Positions 16,942 through 25,688 are shown, numbered from the stretch's first letter. The stretch is 54,036 nucleotides of DNA from an uncultured Acidimicrobiaceae bacterium (GCA_964016255.1 CAXHFF010000001.1:1-54036); one strand, 5' to 3'. Numbers and translations are program-made. The notes: generated from the sequence alone by a model not told the origin.

Positions 16942-17967
16942 TTGTCGAACTCTAACTTCATAAATCATCTCCAAGAAAAGTATCAACGTGACTATGTATT
17001 TTTTGATGAGTATATGGAGGTGTGCCTGTATTGAGAATATGGCTTTGTTAATACCACAAAAATTATATCTAGTAAGGATGGTGATTTCTTAACGTCACCT
17101 GAAGTCTCGAATCACTTTGGTTTGTTTATTTCAAATTGGATAGATAGTAATAAAATCAAAAATAATATAGTAGAAATAGGTCCGGGTACTGGTTCACTAG
17201 CTTCTCAAATTATAAATTATTCCAAAAAGAATCTCTTTCTTATTGAAAAATCTGAAACAGCATTTCTGACTTTGAAAGACAAAGAGTTCAATGTTTTTAA
17301 AACTTTAGACAAGGTTCCAGCTGAGGACATTGATCTTATTTACATGAATGAAGTACTTGATAATATCTCTTGTTCTATTGGTGTGTATAAGGAACATAAC
17401 TGGTTTGAAAAAGTAATCCAATTAGATTCTGAGTCATTAAGTTACAACCTTGCTCCTATACGCGCGGATAGTTTATCTTGGATAAAACAAAATAACATCG
17501 AACCTTTGGATGATTTTGAAGTTGAGATACAAACAAATATAACAACTTATCTTTCCAAGATTGTTGAACAATTTAACCCAAAATTTTTACTCATAATCGA
17601 CTACGGATACGAGAATCATGAAAGGTCGGGCAAACCCTACAAATCCCTCATAAGAACATATAAGAACCACCACCTAGCAGGGGAGACAATACTGCAACCA
17701 ACCTCTACTGATATAACTTATGATGTAAATTTTTCTAGTGTTAAAACATCTTTATCTGATCTAGGTTTTGCTGTTGAGTTATTGTCCCAGAAAGAATTCT
17801 TAGAACGCCATGGTTTCATGAGTTTTTATAAAAAAATGCAAAGTGAATTTCATAATGCTGATGGTTTAGATAAATTGAAAATAAAATCTGATCTTGTTGG
17901 GCTGGAGGCAATTTGCAACGAACGCGGACTAGGTGGCTTCAAGATTCTTTCAGCCAAAAAAATATAA
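16942..17967 (+). pseudogene. MidA/NDUFAF7-family (DUF185) SAM-dependent methyltransferase interrupted by an in-frame TGA at 17032-17034
   Basis: Same frame on both sides of the TGA: FFDEYMEVCLY-stop-EYGFVNTTKIISSKDGDFLTSPEVSNHFG (family hallmark GDFxTSPE), then VEIGPGTGSLASQI (SAM motif) and LLIIDYGY. No canonical start between the TGA and TTG 17122. The 5' end (TTG 16942) is uncertain. Confidence 0.7.
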
Positions 17968-17991
17968 ACTACATCATTTATAATTAAAAAT

Positions 17992-18831
17992 ATGAATCAA
18001 GTAAAAACTACTGTACTTTTAACCCTGATGAGTCTAGTTGTACTCTTTACTGCCCAAACACTTGGTTATAATCTGATTTTTTCAATAACCTTTGCTGCTA
18101 TTTTTAACTTTTTAATATATTTCTATTCAGGAAAGATTGCACTATCTTCAACCAAAGCTAAAGAAATTACTGAGGGCGAATATGAAGATGTAAGAGGCAT
18201 TGTTAAATATTTAACTCAAAAAGAGAAAATGCCTATGCCAAGCTTATATATCATTGAAAACGATCAACCTAATGCCTTTGCTACAGGTAGAAATCCTAAA
18301 AATGCAAGTATCGCAGTTACAACTGGAATCTTAAAAGTATTAAATAATGATGAGCTCGAAGGTGTTTTGGCACATGAAATTTCACATATAAAGAACAGAG
18401 ACATTTTAGTGTCAAGTATTGCAGCAATGCTCGCCTCAACAATATCTTTTATGTCAAGAAGTGTTTTATGGGGTGGAGGCAACAGAAATCGAAATACTCA
18501 CCCTTTATTTTTTATAATTGCTCTGATAGCAGCCCCATTAGCATCAGTAATAATACGAATGGCAATATCCAGAACGCGCGAATATGGTGCGGATAGGACT
18601 GGATCAGATATTTCTGGAAATCCTTTAGCACTTGCTTCAGCGCTAGAAAAGATTGAAGCGTACTCAAAACTCCCGATGAATGTAAACCCTGCTGTAAGTC
18701 AGCTGTTTATATCGGATCCTTTAAAAGCATTATCTGGGGGAGGTATGAGAAAACTTTTTTCAACACACCCACCAACAGCTGAAAGAGTCAGAAGATTAAG
18801 GGAGGACGCAAGTGGTATTCGGTACGGATAA
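17992..18831 (+). CDS. htpX: Zinc metalloprotease HtpX (peptidase M48)
   Basis: 279 aa, 4 TM. NAFATGRNPKNASIAVTTGIL, HEISHIKNRD (HExxH) and EYGADR. Confidence 0.92.
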   Translation: MNQVKTTVLLTLMSLVVLFTAQTLGYNLIFSITFAAIFNFLIYFYSGKIALSSTKAKEITEGEYEDVRGIVKYLTQKEKMPMPSLYIIENDQPNAFATGRNPKNASIAVTTGILKVLNNDELEGVLAHEISHIKNRDILVSSIAAMLASTISFMSRSVLWGGGNRNRNTHPLFFIIALIAAPLASVIIRMAISRTREYGADRTGSDISGNPLALASALEKIEAYSKLPMNVNPAVSQLFISDPLKALSGGGMRKLFSTHPPTAERVRRLREDASGIRYG

Positions 18832-19162
18832 TAATGAAACAATTGCACCAGAAAATCTAGAGAGCTATCTCAGTAATGGTTATAAATTAATCGATGTTCG
18901 TGAACAGGATGAATGGGATGCCGGTCATCATCCTGAAGCTATACATATTCCAATGGGAACAATTCCTCAAAAGATCGATGATTTTAAAACAAGTGATAAT
19001 TACATTATCATTTGTCGTTCTGGAGCGAGATCTGGAAGAGTTAGTTCTTTTATGAAAAATGAGGGTTTCGATTCTCTCAATCTGACTGGAGGCATGAAAG
19101 AGTTGTCTTTGAGCTCAAAAAAAATAGTTGATTTAAATGGCAATAATGGGACAGTCATCTAA
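18812..19162 (+). CDS. Rhodanese-domain sulfurtransferase
   Basis: 116 aa. IDVREQDEWDAGHHPEAIHIP and active-site loop CRSGARS. GTG start overlapping the htpX 3' end by 20 nt, with no alternative in-frame start nearby. Confidence 0.85.
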   Translation: MVFGTDNNETIAPENLESYLSNGYKLIDVREQDEWDAGHHPEAIHIPMGTIPQKIDDFKTSDNYIIICRSGARSGRVSSFMKNEGFDSLNLTGGMKELSLSSKKIVDLNGNNGTVI

Positions 19163-19171
19163 AATCATTTT

Positions 19172-20128
19172 GTGATAATTTGTATTGGAAATGCAATGGT
19201 AGATTCTCTTCAAAAAATTGAAGAAGAGGTAATTGATAAATTAAGTTTAAACAAAGCCAGAATGACCCTAGTTGATAAAGATAGGTCGAACATTTTATTA
19301 GATTCGATGACTAATCCTACGAGAGCTGCAGGTGGTTCAGCTGCAAATACAGCGTATTGGGCCGCACAATTAGGTGGAGATGTTGGCTTTATAGGGAAAA
19401 TCTCAAATGATGAACTTGGAGAACAATTCAAAGCTAGTGTCATTGATTCTGGACTCAAAGACTTTACTGTATTTGAGTCAGAGGATAATCAAACTGGACA
19501 TTGCGCAATATTCATAACTCCAGATGGGGAACGTACAATGAATACCTATCTAGGAGCCGGCGCATTTCTCTCAATTGAAGATTTAGATGATAAAGCAATA
19601 GAGTCAGCCGAAATCCTCTACATGGAGGGATATCTTTGGGATAGGCCTACCAGTAAGGAAGCATTTTTGCACGCTGCTAAATTAAATAAATTATCTGGTG
19701 GGAAAAATGCTATTACTTTATCAGATGTTTTTTGTGTTGAGATGCACAGAGATAGTTTTATTGAATTCATCAAAGAAAGCATTGATTTTGTATTCTGTAA
19801 TGAGGAAGAAATTATGGCATTGTCTCTGAAGGAGACTAATGAAGATGCTTTTGAATACTTTGAAAAAGAGTTTCCAAACTTAGAAGAATTAGTATGCACG
19901 CTTGGTCCAAACGGTGCTGTAGTAATTAGCAAAGGAGAAAAAGTCCATTATGAAGCAACTGAAGCAGAAGTTGTTGATAAAACAGGTGCGGGAGATTATT
20001 TTGCTGCAGGATATCTATACGGCTTGCAAAAAAAACTAACTATAGAAGAATCTGCTGATATTGCTAATAGAAGTGCAGCTCACGTCATCAGTGAAGTTGG
20101 CGTCAGGCCTACTAAAAACTTTTCTTAG
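19172..20128 (+). CDS. PfkB-family carbohydrate/nucleoside kinase (adenosine-kinase-like)
   Basis: 318 aa. AAGGSAANTA near the N-terminus and DKTGAGDYFAAGYLYG (PfkB signature 2). GTG start. Confidence 0.85.
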   Translation: MIICIGNAMVDSLQKIEEEVIDKLSLNKARMTLVDKDRSNILLDSMTNPTRAAGGSAANTAYWAAQLGGDVGFIGKISNDELGEQFKASVIDSGLKDFTVFESEDNQTGHCAIFITPDGERTMNTYLGAGAFLSIEDLDDKAIESAEILYMEGYLWDRPTSKEAFLHAAKLNKLSGGKNAITLSDVFCVEMHRDSFIEFIKESIDFVFCNEEEIMALSLKETNEDAFEYFEKEFPNLEELVCTLGPNGAVVISKGEKVHYEATEAEVVDKTGAGDYFAAGYLYGLQKKLTIEESADIANRSAAHVISEVGVRPTKNFS

Positions 20129-20889
20129 TTATTCCAACCAATTAATTGATAAATAACTTTTTCATCCCCTTCAAATTGTGGCGAATAAGAGCTACTAAGA
20201 TCCAACTTTATTGGTTCATGAATTTTATTTTTAGAAAAAATAATTATCTCATTTTCAGTATCTAATGCAACAATACTGTTTCCATCTGGAGACCACCTCA
20301 AAGATTCAAAGTAATAGTTTGTTGGTGCTTCAACATTAAAGACTTCAATTATATTTGAATTTTTTTGGTAGTAAATGCCAGCTGATCTTGCACTCATTTC
20401 CCTCATGTCCCAGGAGCTAAGAAGCTTTTCCCCTAAGGAGTTAACTTCATAGGCACTTCTACCTATCGAGACATCTTCATTGTTTACTTTTTTAATCTCA
20501 CTATTTTTAGGGTTTATCACCAGTGTCATTTCAGAATTAGAGGAGTTGTCCCAATAACGTAAGACTAGATTCTGATTTTCATCTATTTCTGTATTGTTCA
20601 AGTAGATGTCATACGAATATTGATATAAATCACTGGTACAGATTACTTTTTCTTCATCAGTAATCGCTGTTGAGATATCAACTTTAAAGATACATTGATC
20701 TACGATATCTGGAGCAGGTGGAAGAATATTTGAACTTTGTATTTCAACATGATAAAAAATTTCTCCGTTAAGCTCCTGATTTATCTCTGTACTGTATTCA
20801 GGCAGAGGAATTATTCCAAATGATGCAACAATACCGATAGAAAGGAACAAAATTATAAGTGATTGAATTAAAAATGACTTTTTCTTCAC
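20125..20889 (-). CDS. Hypothetical exported or membrane-anchored protein
   Basis: 254 aa. N-terminal hydrophobic helix FLIQSLIILFLSIGIVASFGII. WSPDGNSIVALD resembles beta-propeller blade motifs (TolB/DPP-IV type). 4-nt overlap with the upstream gene and 4-nt convergent overlap with the PfkB gene. Confidence 0.6.
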   Translation of the reverse strand: MKKKSFLIQSLIILFLSIGIVASFGIIPLPEYSTEINQELNGEIFYHVEIQSSNILPPAPDIVDQCIFKVDISTAITDEEKVICTSDLYQYSYDIYLNNTEIDENQNLVLRYWDNSSNSEMTLVINPKNSEIKKVNNEDVSIGRSAYEVNSLGEKLLSSWDMREMSARSAGIYYQKNSNIIEVFNVEAPTNYYFESLRWSPDGNSIVALDTENEIIIFSKNKIHEPIKLDLSSSYSPQFEGDEKVIYQLIGWNN

Positions 20890-21869
20890 GAGATCTTCTT
20901 TATATTTTCTCTAAGGGTATTTAAATATAGACCAACAGTTACTAAGACTCCTCCAACAACGAATAATATAAGAGGAGGCCAGATGTTGTCTGGGAGTAAC
21001 TCTGTAATTAATCTAGGAAGGTTTATAATCAATCCCAGACCGCCGATATAAAAAATTACTTGTTCAGAAAGCTTGATGCTTATCCAGATATAAAGACTGG
21101 AACCGATAATTAATATTACAATACTTGCTATTTCTGCATTTGAAAGCAAGTCTTCAACTATTGCAACTACTCCAATCGCAATATTTATTGATGATAAAAA
21201 ATATCCAAGCCAACTTGGTTGCAATAGCTTAGAGTATGTATTGAGGCCCCATATTATTCCTACACTTGATATGAACAAACCAATTCCCCATGGTTCTACA
21301 TTTCTTAAGAATAAATTTCCAACGCTTCCTAAAAAGAAAATTAGCGTATAAAACAGTGCAATATGTTGAAATATTTCAAAAGTCTTTTTATACAAGTATG
21401 AGGAATAGATTAAAACTGTTGTTGAGGTGATTAATATTGCAAGATCTTCTGAAAGGTTGAATGTAGTAGTGTTTTCCAATATGTTCAATGCAAATACCAC
21501 TACAGCTGCAAATGAGACTGTAGAAGTCAGGTATAAAAATGAAGACACTCTTTCATTAGACTTAAATATTAAAAGTCTCTGATTATCAAGTTTTTGGCTG
21601 TAGCCAGCTGCATAGAATAGAAACGAAGTTGTTACAATCAGTAATAATAGTTGGGCCCAGTAAGATAGGTTTTCCCAAATTAAAGGTAAAGTTCCAAGCA
21701 AACCAGATAACACAAAGAAACCACCAATTAGAGTTAGTGCTTTGGCTACTTTTGATTTTTGCGAAATAGTATTATTTTCTTGATACTTAAGAATATTCTC
21801 GTACGTTTGTTGATCTAAAATATTATTTTCAAGTAGATTATCGATAAAATTTTTAATTTTCTTATCCAT
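20886..21869 (-). CDS. Hypothetical polytopic membrane protein
   Basis: 327 aa. Soluble N-terminus of about 40 aa, then about 9 hydrophobic helices. No recognisable catalytic motif. Confidence 0.6.
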   Translation of the reverse strand: MDKKIKNFIDNLLENNILDQQTYENILKYQENNTISQKSKVAKALTLIGGFFVLSGLLGTLPLIWENLSYWAQLLLLIVTTSFLFYAAGYSQKLDNQRLLIFKSNERVSSFLYLTSTVSFAAVVVFALNILENTTTFNLSEDLAILITSTTVLIYSSYLYKKTFEIFQHIALFYTLIFFLGSVGNLFLRNVEPWGIGLFISSVGIIWGLNTYSKLLQPSWLGYFLSSINIAIGVVAIVEDLLSNAEIASIVILIIGSSLYIWISIKLSEQVIFYIGGLGLIINLPRLITELLPDNIWPPLILFVVGGVLVTVGLYLNTLRENIKKIS

Positions 21870-21948
21870 AAGATTATGTTAATGATTTAAAATTTCATCT
21901 CACTAATTTTTCTATATAATCTAAACTTTAGAGAGACTTTATTGTTAC

Positions 21949-22030
21949 GCCGAGATGCCCGAGCGGCCAAAGGGAGCAGACTGTAAATCTGCCGGTTATG
22001 CCTTCGTAGGTTCGAATCCTACTCTCGGCA
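21949..22030 (+). tRNA. tRNA-Tyr (GTA), class II long variable arm
   Basis: Acceptor GCCGAGA/TCTCGGC plus A. Anticodon stem GCAGA/TCTGC with loop CTGTAAA. T-loop TTCGAAT. No encoded CCA. Confidence 0.93.
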
Positions 22031-22033
22031 CTG

Positions 22034-22106
22034 GCCCTCTTAGCTCAGTAGGTAGAGCACTTCCATGGTAAGGAAGAGGTCTCCGGTTCAAATCCGGAAG
22101 AGGGCT
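22034..22106 (+). tRNA. tRNA-Thr (GGT)
   Basis: Acceptor GCCCTCT/AGAGGGC. D-arm GCTC..GAGC. Anticodon stem CTTCC/GGAAG with loop ATGGTAA. T-arm TCCGG-TTCAAAT-CCGGA. Confidence 0.93.
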
Positions 22107-22128
22107 CATAAGGTAAAATAAGTCTTAA

Positions 22129-22202
22129 GGCGGCGTAGCTCAGTTGGTAAGAGCGCACGACTCATAATCGTGAGGTCGGCAGTTCGAGTCTGCCCGCCGC
22201 TA
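22129..22202 (+). tRNA. tRNA with CAT anticodon (elongator Met; Ile2/lysidine not excluded)
   Basis: Acceptor GGCGGCG/CGCCGCT (G1-U72 wobble). Anticodon stem CACGA/TCGTG with loop CTCATAA. T-arm GGCAG-TTCGAGT-CTGCC. The anticodon stem lacks the three G:C pairs of initiator tRNA. Confidence 0.88.
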
Positions 22203-22223
22203 CAAGTTAAAAAAGGAGAAGAA

Positions 22224-22385
22224 ATGGCTTCAGATAAACGACCACCAATTATATTGGTCTGCACTGAAACTGGTGATCATAACTATGTGACTACAAAAAA
22301 TAAAACTAATACTCCAGATAGACTGGAATTAATGAAATATAGTCCCCGGTTAAGAAAACACACATTACATAGAGAAAAAAGGTAG
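22224..22385 (+). CDS. rpmG: 50S ribosomal protein L33 (Cys-poor, zinc-independent form)
   Basis: 53 aa, [59 protein letters not shown] 6 nt upstream. The ORF-track start at 22170 would run through tRNA-Met, so I rejected it. Confidence 0.9.
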   Translation: MASDKRPPIILVCTETGDHNYVTTKNKTNTPDRLELMKYSPRLRKHTLHREKR

Positions 22386-22421
22386 ATATATCTTAATTTC
22401 TATTTATTCTTAGTTATATAG

Positions 22422-23006
22422 ATGAATAATGTAACCAAAATTAATAATTTTAATGAAGATACTTCTAATTCGGAATTAGTGCAGAGGTCACAAGCAGGTG
22501 ACAAAGTCGCGTTCGAAATGTTGGTCTACCGTCATCAAGACTTAGTTTTTTCACTTGCGTTTAAACTTACAGGTAATAAAGAGCTTGCAAACGATGTTGG
22601 TCAGGAAGCTTTTATAAGAGCATGGAAAGCAATTGATAAGTTTAGAGGAGACTCAACTTTTAGCACATGGATATACAGAATTACTGTCAACACAGCTTGG
22701 ACACTTCGTAAAAAAGCCAAAAAACACTACTCCTTAAACATTGAAGATACACAAGAACCAGTAGTTGTTGATGAAAAAAATGATCCTGAATTGATAGCTA
22801 TTAATTCAGATTTATCCTCAGTACTTAGAAAAGCGTTGGACCAGATTCCTTTAGAGCAGCGAATTATTGTAGAATTGAAAAATATTGAAGGTAGGTCCCA
22901 TAAGGAGATAGCTGAATATTTAGGTATAAGCGTCACAGCTGCAAAAGTAAGACTACATAGAGCTCATCAAAAATTGAGATCTATTTTGGAGGATGTAGAA
23001 GCATGA
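22422..23006 (+). CDS. ECF-type RNA polymerase sigma-70 family factor
   Basis: 194 aa. Region 2 (DVGQEAFIRAWKAIDKFRGDSTFSTWIYRITVNTAW) and region 4 HTH (SHKEIAEYLGISVTAAKVRLHRAHQKL). Confidence 0.88.
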   Translation: MNNVTKINNFNEDTSNSELVQRSQAGDKVAFEMLVYRHQDLVFSLAFKLTGNKELANDVGQEAFIRAWKAIDKFRGDSTFSTWIYRITVNTAWTLRKKAKKHYSLNIEDTQEPVVVDEKNDPELIAINSDLSSVLRKALDQIPLEQRIIVELKNIEGRSHKEIAEYLGISVTAAKVRLHRAHQKLRSILEDVEA

Positions 23007-23374
23007 AAGAGATTTTTTCAAATCTAAAATACCAATCTATTTGTAGGAGAAAAAGAAACCAAATGATTAAGACCTATCTTAATGGCGTTTACTTTCAGTT
23101 TGATTCTGACAACCACGTACAGTTCTGTTTAAAATGTCAAACAGCTGGAAAGAGATATAGAGCTTTTAGAGAAGAACTTGAAAATGATGTTCAAATTAAT
23201 GTTGAGGTACCATCAGATTTTGCATCTAAGGTTATGTCTTCTCTGGATAAAAAAGTAAAAACTACTACTAATAAAGGTACAAAAATAATATTATTGACAC
23301 TACTTGGATTAATGTCTTTAGTAATATTGGTCTTTGGACTAAAGCGCTCATCTAACGAGTTAGATAAAGAGTAA
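23003..23374 (+). CDS. Membrane-anchored zinc-binding anti-sigma factor (ZAS motif)
   Basis: 123 aa. ATGA overlap with the sigma gene. Cys14 followed 23 residues later by H38-x3-C42-x2-C45 (HVQFCLKC). C-terminal TM helix IILLTLLGLMSLVILVFGL. Confidence 0.7.
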   Translation: MKEIFSNLKYQSICRRKRNQMIKTYLNGVYFQFDSDNHVQFCLKCQTAGKRYRAFREELENDVQINVEVPSDFASKVMSSLDKKVKTTTNKGTKIILLTLLGLMSLVILVFGLKRSSNELDKE

Positions 23375-23378
23375 ACTT

Positions 23379-23452
23379 AGGGGTGTAGCTCTAATTGGCA
23401 GAGCGCGGGTCTCCAAAACCTGAGGTTGTGAGTTCGAGTCTCACCGCCCCTG
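23379..23452 (+). tRNA. tRNA-Trp (CCA)
   Basis: Acceptor AGGGGTG/CGCCCCT. Anticodon stem CGGGT/ACCTG with loop CTCCAAA. T-arm GTGAG-TTCGAGT-CTCAC. Confidence 0.93.
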
Positions 23453-23466
23453 CTAAGAGGTAAATT

Positions 23467-23769
23467 ATGAATGAAATGAATAGAGAAATGAGAAGGATGT
23501 CAGAGCGTGAAGAACGCCTGGCAAAAAAAGCTGATAGAAATGTTGGCAAGTTTAATAACGAGGAAAAGGTTTCTAGATTTAAAAGAATCTCTAATTACCT
23601 TGGTGAAGTTAGAACTGAATTAAAAAGAGTTAATTGGCCAACCGTTGACACTTTGACAACATTTACGGTTGTTACAATAGTAACTATTATTTCAATGACG
23701 CTATTAATTTTTGGAATGGACTTTGGTTTTAAAAATACTTTGATTAGCCTGTTATCTTCTGGAGGATAG
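23467..23769 (+). CDS. secE: Preprotein translocase subunit SecE
   Basis: 100 aa. Basic N-terminal tail, then YLGEVRTELKRVNWPT and a single TM helix. Canonical position upstream of nusG. Confidence 0.88.
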   Translation: MNEMNREMRRMSEREERLAKKADRNVGKFNNEEKVSRFKRISNYLGEVRTELKRVNWPTVDTLTTFTVVTIVTIISMTLLIFGMDFGFKNTLISLLSSGG

Positions 23770-23774
23770 AAATA

Positions 23775-24389
23775 ATGAATGATGAAATTTTAGTAGAAGA
23801 GACTGAAGAAGTCTTAGAAGATTTTAATGCAAATTCGCATCCTTATGATCTTCCTGGTGAATGGTTTGTATTGAACGCTCAATCAGGGCATGAAAAAAAA
23901 GTTAGGACAAATATTCTTACCCGTATCAAAAATTTACATCTAGACGATAAAGTATACGATGTGGTTATTCCAACTGATGAAGTTGTAGAAATAAGAAATG
24001 GAAAGAAAGTTAACGTAGAAAAGAAGACTTTTCCTGGATATGTACTAGTAAGAATGGAACTAGATGATACTACATGGTATGAAATTCGAAACACACCTTC
24101 AATAATAGGTTTTGTGGGATCTGGTAAGTTGCCTGTCTCATTATCTAGGCGAGAGATAGAAAGAATTCTTGGAACGAACGAAGAAGTTGAAGTTAAAAAA
24201 GAGTCTCCAAAATTTAAACCAGATTTTGAAGTTGCAGAAACTGTAAGAGTTACAACAGGACCTTTTGCAGATTTCAATGGAATAATTGAAGAAATTAATT
24301 TAGATCAATCAAAAGTTACAGTACTAGTTAATATATTTGGACGAGAGACTCCTGTCGAACTGGGTTTCACGGATATCGTCAAAAATTAA
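23775..24389 (+). CDS. nusG: Transcription termination/antitermination factor NusG
   Basis: 204 aa. [14 protein letters not shown] (NGN domain), PGYVLVRM, and the KOW region [20 protein letters not shown]. Confidence 0.93.
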   Translation: MNDEILVEETEEVLEDFNANSHPYDLPGEWFVLNAQSGHEKKVRTNILTRIKNLHLDDKVYDVVIPTDEVVEIRNGKKVNVEKKTFPGYVLVRMELDDTTWYEIRNTPSIIGFVGSGKLPVSLSRREIERILGTNEEVEVKKESPKFKPDFEVAETVRVTTGPFADFNGIIEEINLDQSKVTVLVNIFGRETPVELGFTDIVKN

Positions 24390-24400
24390 GGAATAAAAAA

Positions 24401-24826
24401 ATGGCCAAAGAAGTAAAAGCAAAATTAAAATTACAAATTCCTGGTGGTGGAGCAACACCAGCACCACCTGTTGGTTCAGCATTAGGACAATATGGTGTAA
24501 ACATTATGGATTTTGTTCAAGCATTTAATAATGACACTTCAAGTCGACAGGGAGAAACGGTTCCAGTTGAAATTACTATATTTGAGGACAATTCATTTAC
24601 GTTCGAAACAAAAACAGCTCCGGCATCATATTTGATTAAGAAGGCAATTGGACTTGATTCTGGTTCAGCTGAACCGCACAAAGTAAAAGTTGCCTCAATT
24701 ACAAGAGATCAACTAAAAAATATTGCTGAAGCAAAAATGGAAGATCTAAATGCTAATGATATAGACATGGCGATAAATATTATCGCTGGTACAGCTAGAT
24801 CAATGGGCGTTACAGTAGAAGGTTAA
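24401..24826 (+). CDS. rplK: 50S ribosomal protein L11
   Basis: 141 aa. [29 protein letters not shown]. Confidence 0.96.
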   Translation: MAKEVKAKLKLQIPGGGATPAPPVGSALGQYGVNIMDFVQAFNNDTSSRQGETVPVEITIFEDNSFTFETKTAPASYLIKKAIGLDSGSAEPHKVKVASITRDQLKNIAEAKMEDLNANDIDMAINIIAGTARSMGVTVEG

Positions 24827-24872
24827 AATATATATTTGGGAGACTGAGGTCGTTTGAACCAAAAGGAGAAAC

Positions 24873-25559
24873 ATGAAGAAATACGGTAAAAAATACAACG
24901 AAGTTAAGAAAAATATGCCCGACTCTAAACAAAGTCTTACAGATGCTTTAACTATTTGTAAAGAAAACTCAAAGGCAAATTTTGATGAGTCTATTGATGT
25001 AGTTTTTTCTCTGGGTATTGATACAAAAGCTGCAGAAGAAAATATAAGGACTACAGTTTCACTTCCCAACGGAAACGGCAAGACAATTACAATAGCAGTA
25101 TTTGCTGGAGGAGAAGCTTTAACTGAAGCTGAGAATGCTGGAGCAGATATTGTTGGAGGTAAAGAATTAGCTACAAAGGTTGCATCTGAAGAAAAACTTG
25201 ATGTAGATTTAGTTATTTCGACTCCAGAAATGATGGCTGATGTTGGTCAGCTTGGAAAAATTTTAGGTCCAAAGGGCTTAATGCCAAATCCAAAAACTGG
25301 GACAGTTACTCCTAATGTTGCCAAAGCAGTCGAAGATTTTAAAAAAGGAAAAGTAGAAATTAAAAATGATAAATTAGGCAATGTTCATTTATCTATTGGA
25401 AAAGTTTCCTTTAGTGTAGAAAACTTAAAAACAAATCTTGAAGAGGTTATAGCTGTAATTACAAGAGCTAAACCGGCATCTTCAAAAGGGGAGTACATAA
25501 AGAGTGTATTTATGTCTTCAACAATGGGGCCTTCTGTAAGCGTAGATATTAATTTATAA
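24873..25559 (+). CDS. rplA: 50S ribosomal protein L1
   Basis: 228 aa. LGKILGPKGLMPNPKTGTVT. AAGGAG upstream. Confidence 0.96.
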   Translation: MKKYGKKYNEVKKNMPDSKQSLTDALTICKENSKANFDESIDVVFSLGIDTKAAEENIRTTVSLPNGNGKTITIAVFAGGEALTEAENAGADIVGGKELATKVASEEKLDVDLVISTPEMMADVGQLGKILGPKGLMPNPKTGTVTPNVAKAVEDFKKGKVEIKNDKLGNVHLSIGKVSFSVENLKTNLEEVIAVITRAKPASSKGEYIKSVFMSSTMGPSVSVDINL

Positions 25560-25688
25560 ATATATTTGCTGATAAATCCAATTCGAGTATATTGTTTAGA
25601 TACAACTTAAACCAAAGACCGATAGTGGGAAACCTTAAAAATCTATCGTAGGTAAATCGCCTTGTCCTTGGTTTGCAAGGATTTTTTT
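25560..25688 (+). promoter_or_regulatory. Candidate rplJ (L10) leader with a terminator-like, Shine-Dalgarno-sequestering hairpin
   Basis: TCCTTG (25665-25670) pairs with CAAGGA (25676-25681), followed by T7 (25682-25688) and then ATG 25689. The only Shine-Dalgarno-like AAGGA is in the 3' arm. A second inverted repeat is CGATAG 25620-25625 / CTATCG 25643-25648. At 129 nt this is one of the largest gaps in the window. Confidence 0.5.

Noticed and set aside
17032-17034. TGA recoding (genetic code 4 or 25, or selenocysteine) as the explanation for the in-frame TGA in the MidA-like gene
   Set aside because: TGA clearly terminates rpsJ, rpsH, rplX, secY, infA, nuoD and the sigma factor gene at their expected C-termini. 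I found no other conserved gene in the window with an internal TGA. I see no obvious SECIS-like hairpin, and the family is not known to use selenocysteine.
21915-21920. TATAAT hexamer 29 nt upstream of tRNA-Tyr as the promoter -10 element of the supercluster
   Set aside because: There is no convincing -35 at the right spacing. TATAAT-like hexamers occur by chance in DNA this AT-rich.
22129-22202. The CAT-anticodon tRNA as initiator tRNA-fMet
   Set aside because: The anticodon stem is CACGA/TCGTG, which lacks the three consecutive G:C pairs. Positions 1:72 pair (G-U) and do not form the C-A mismatch typical of bacterial initiators.
24827-24872. GGGAG...GAGGTC in the rplK-rplA spacer as an L1-binding rRNA mimic
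   Set aside because: I cannot fold or compare it reliably by eye. The resemblance rests on a pentamer that also overlaps ordinary Shine-Dalgarno-like sequence.
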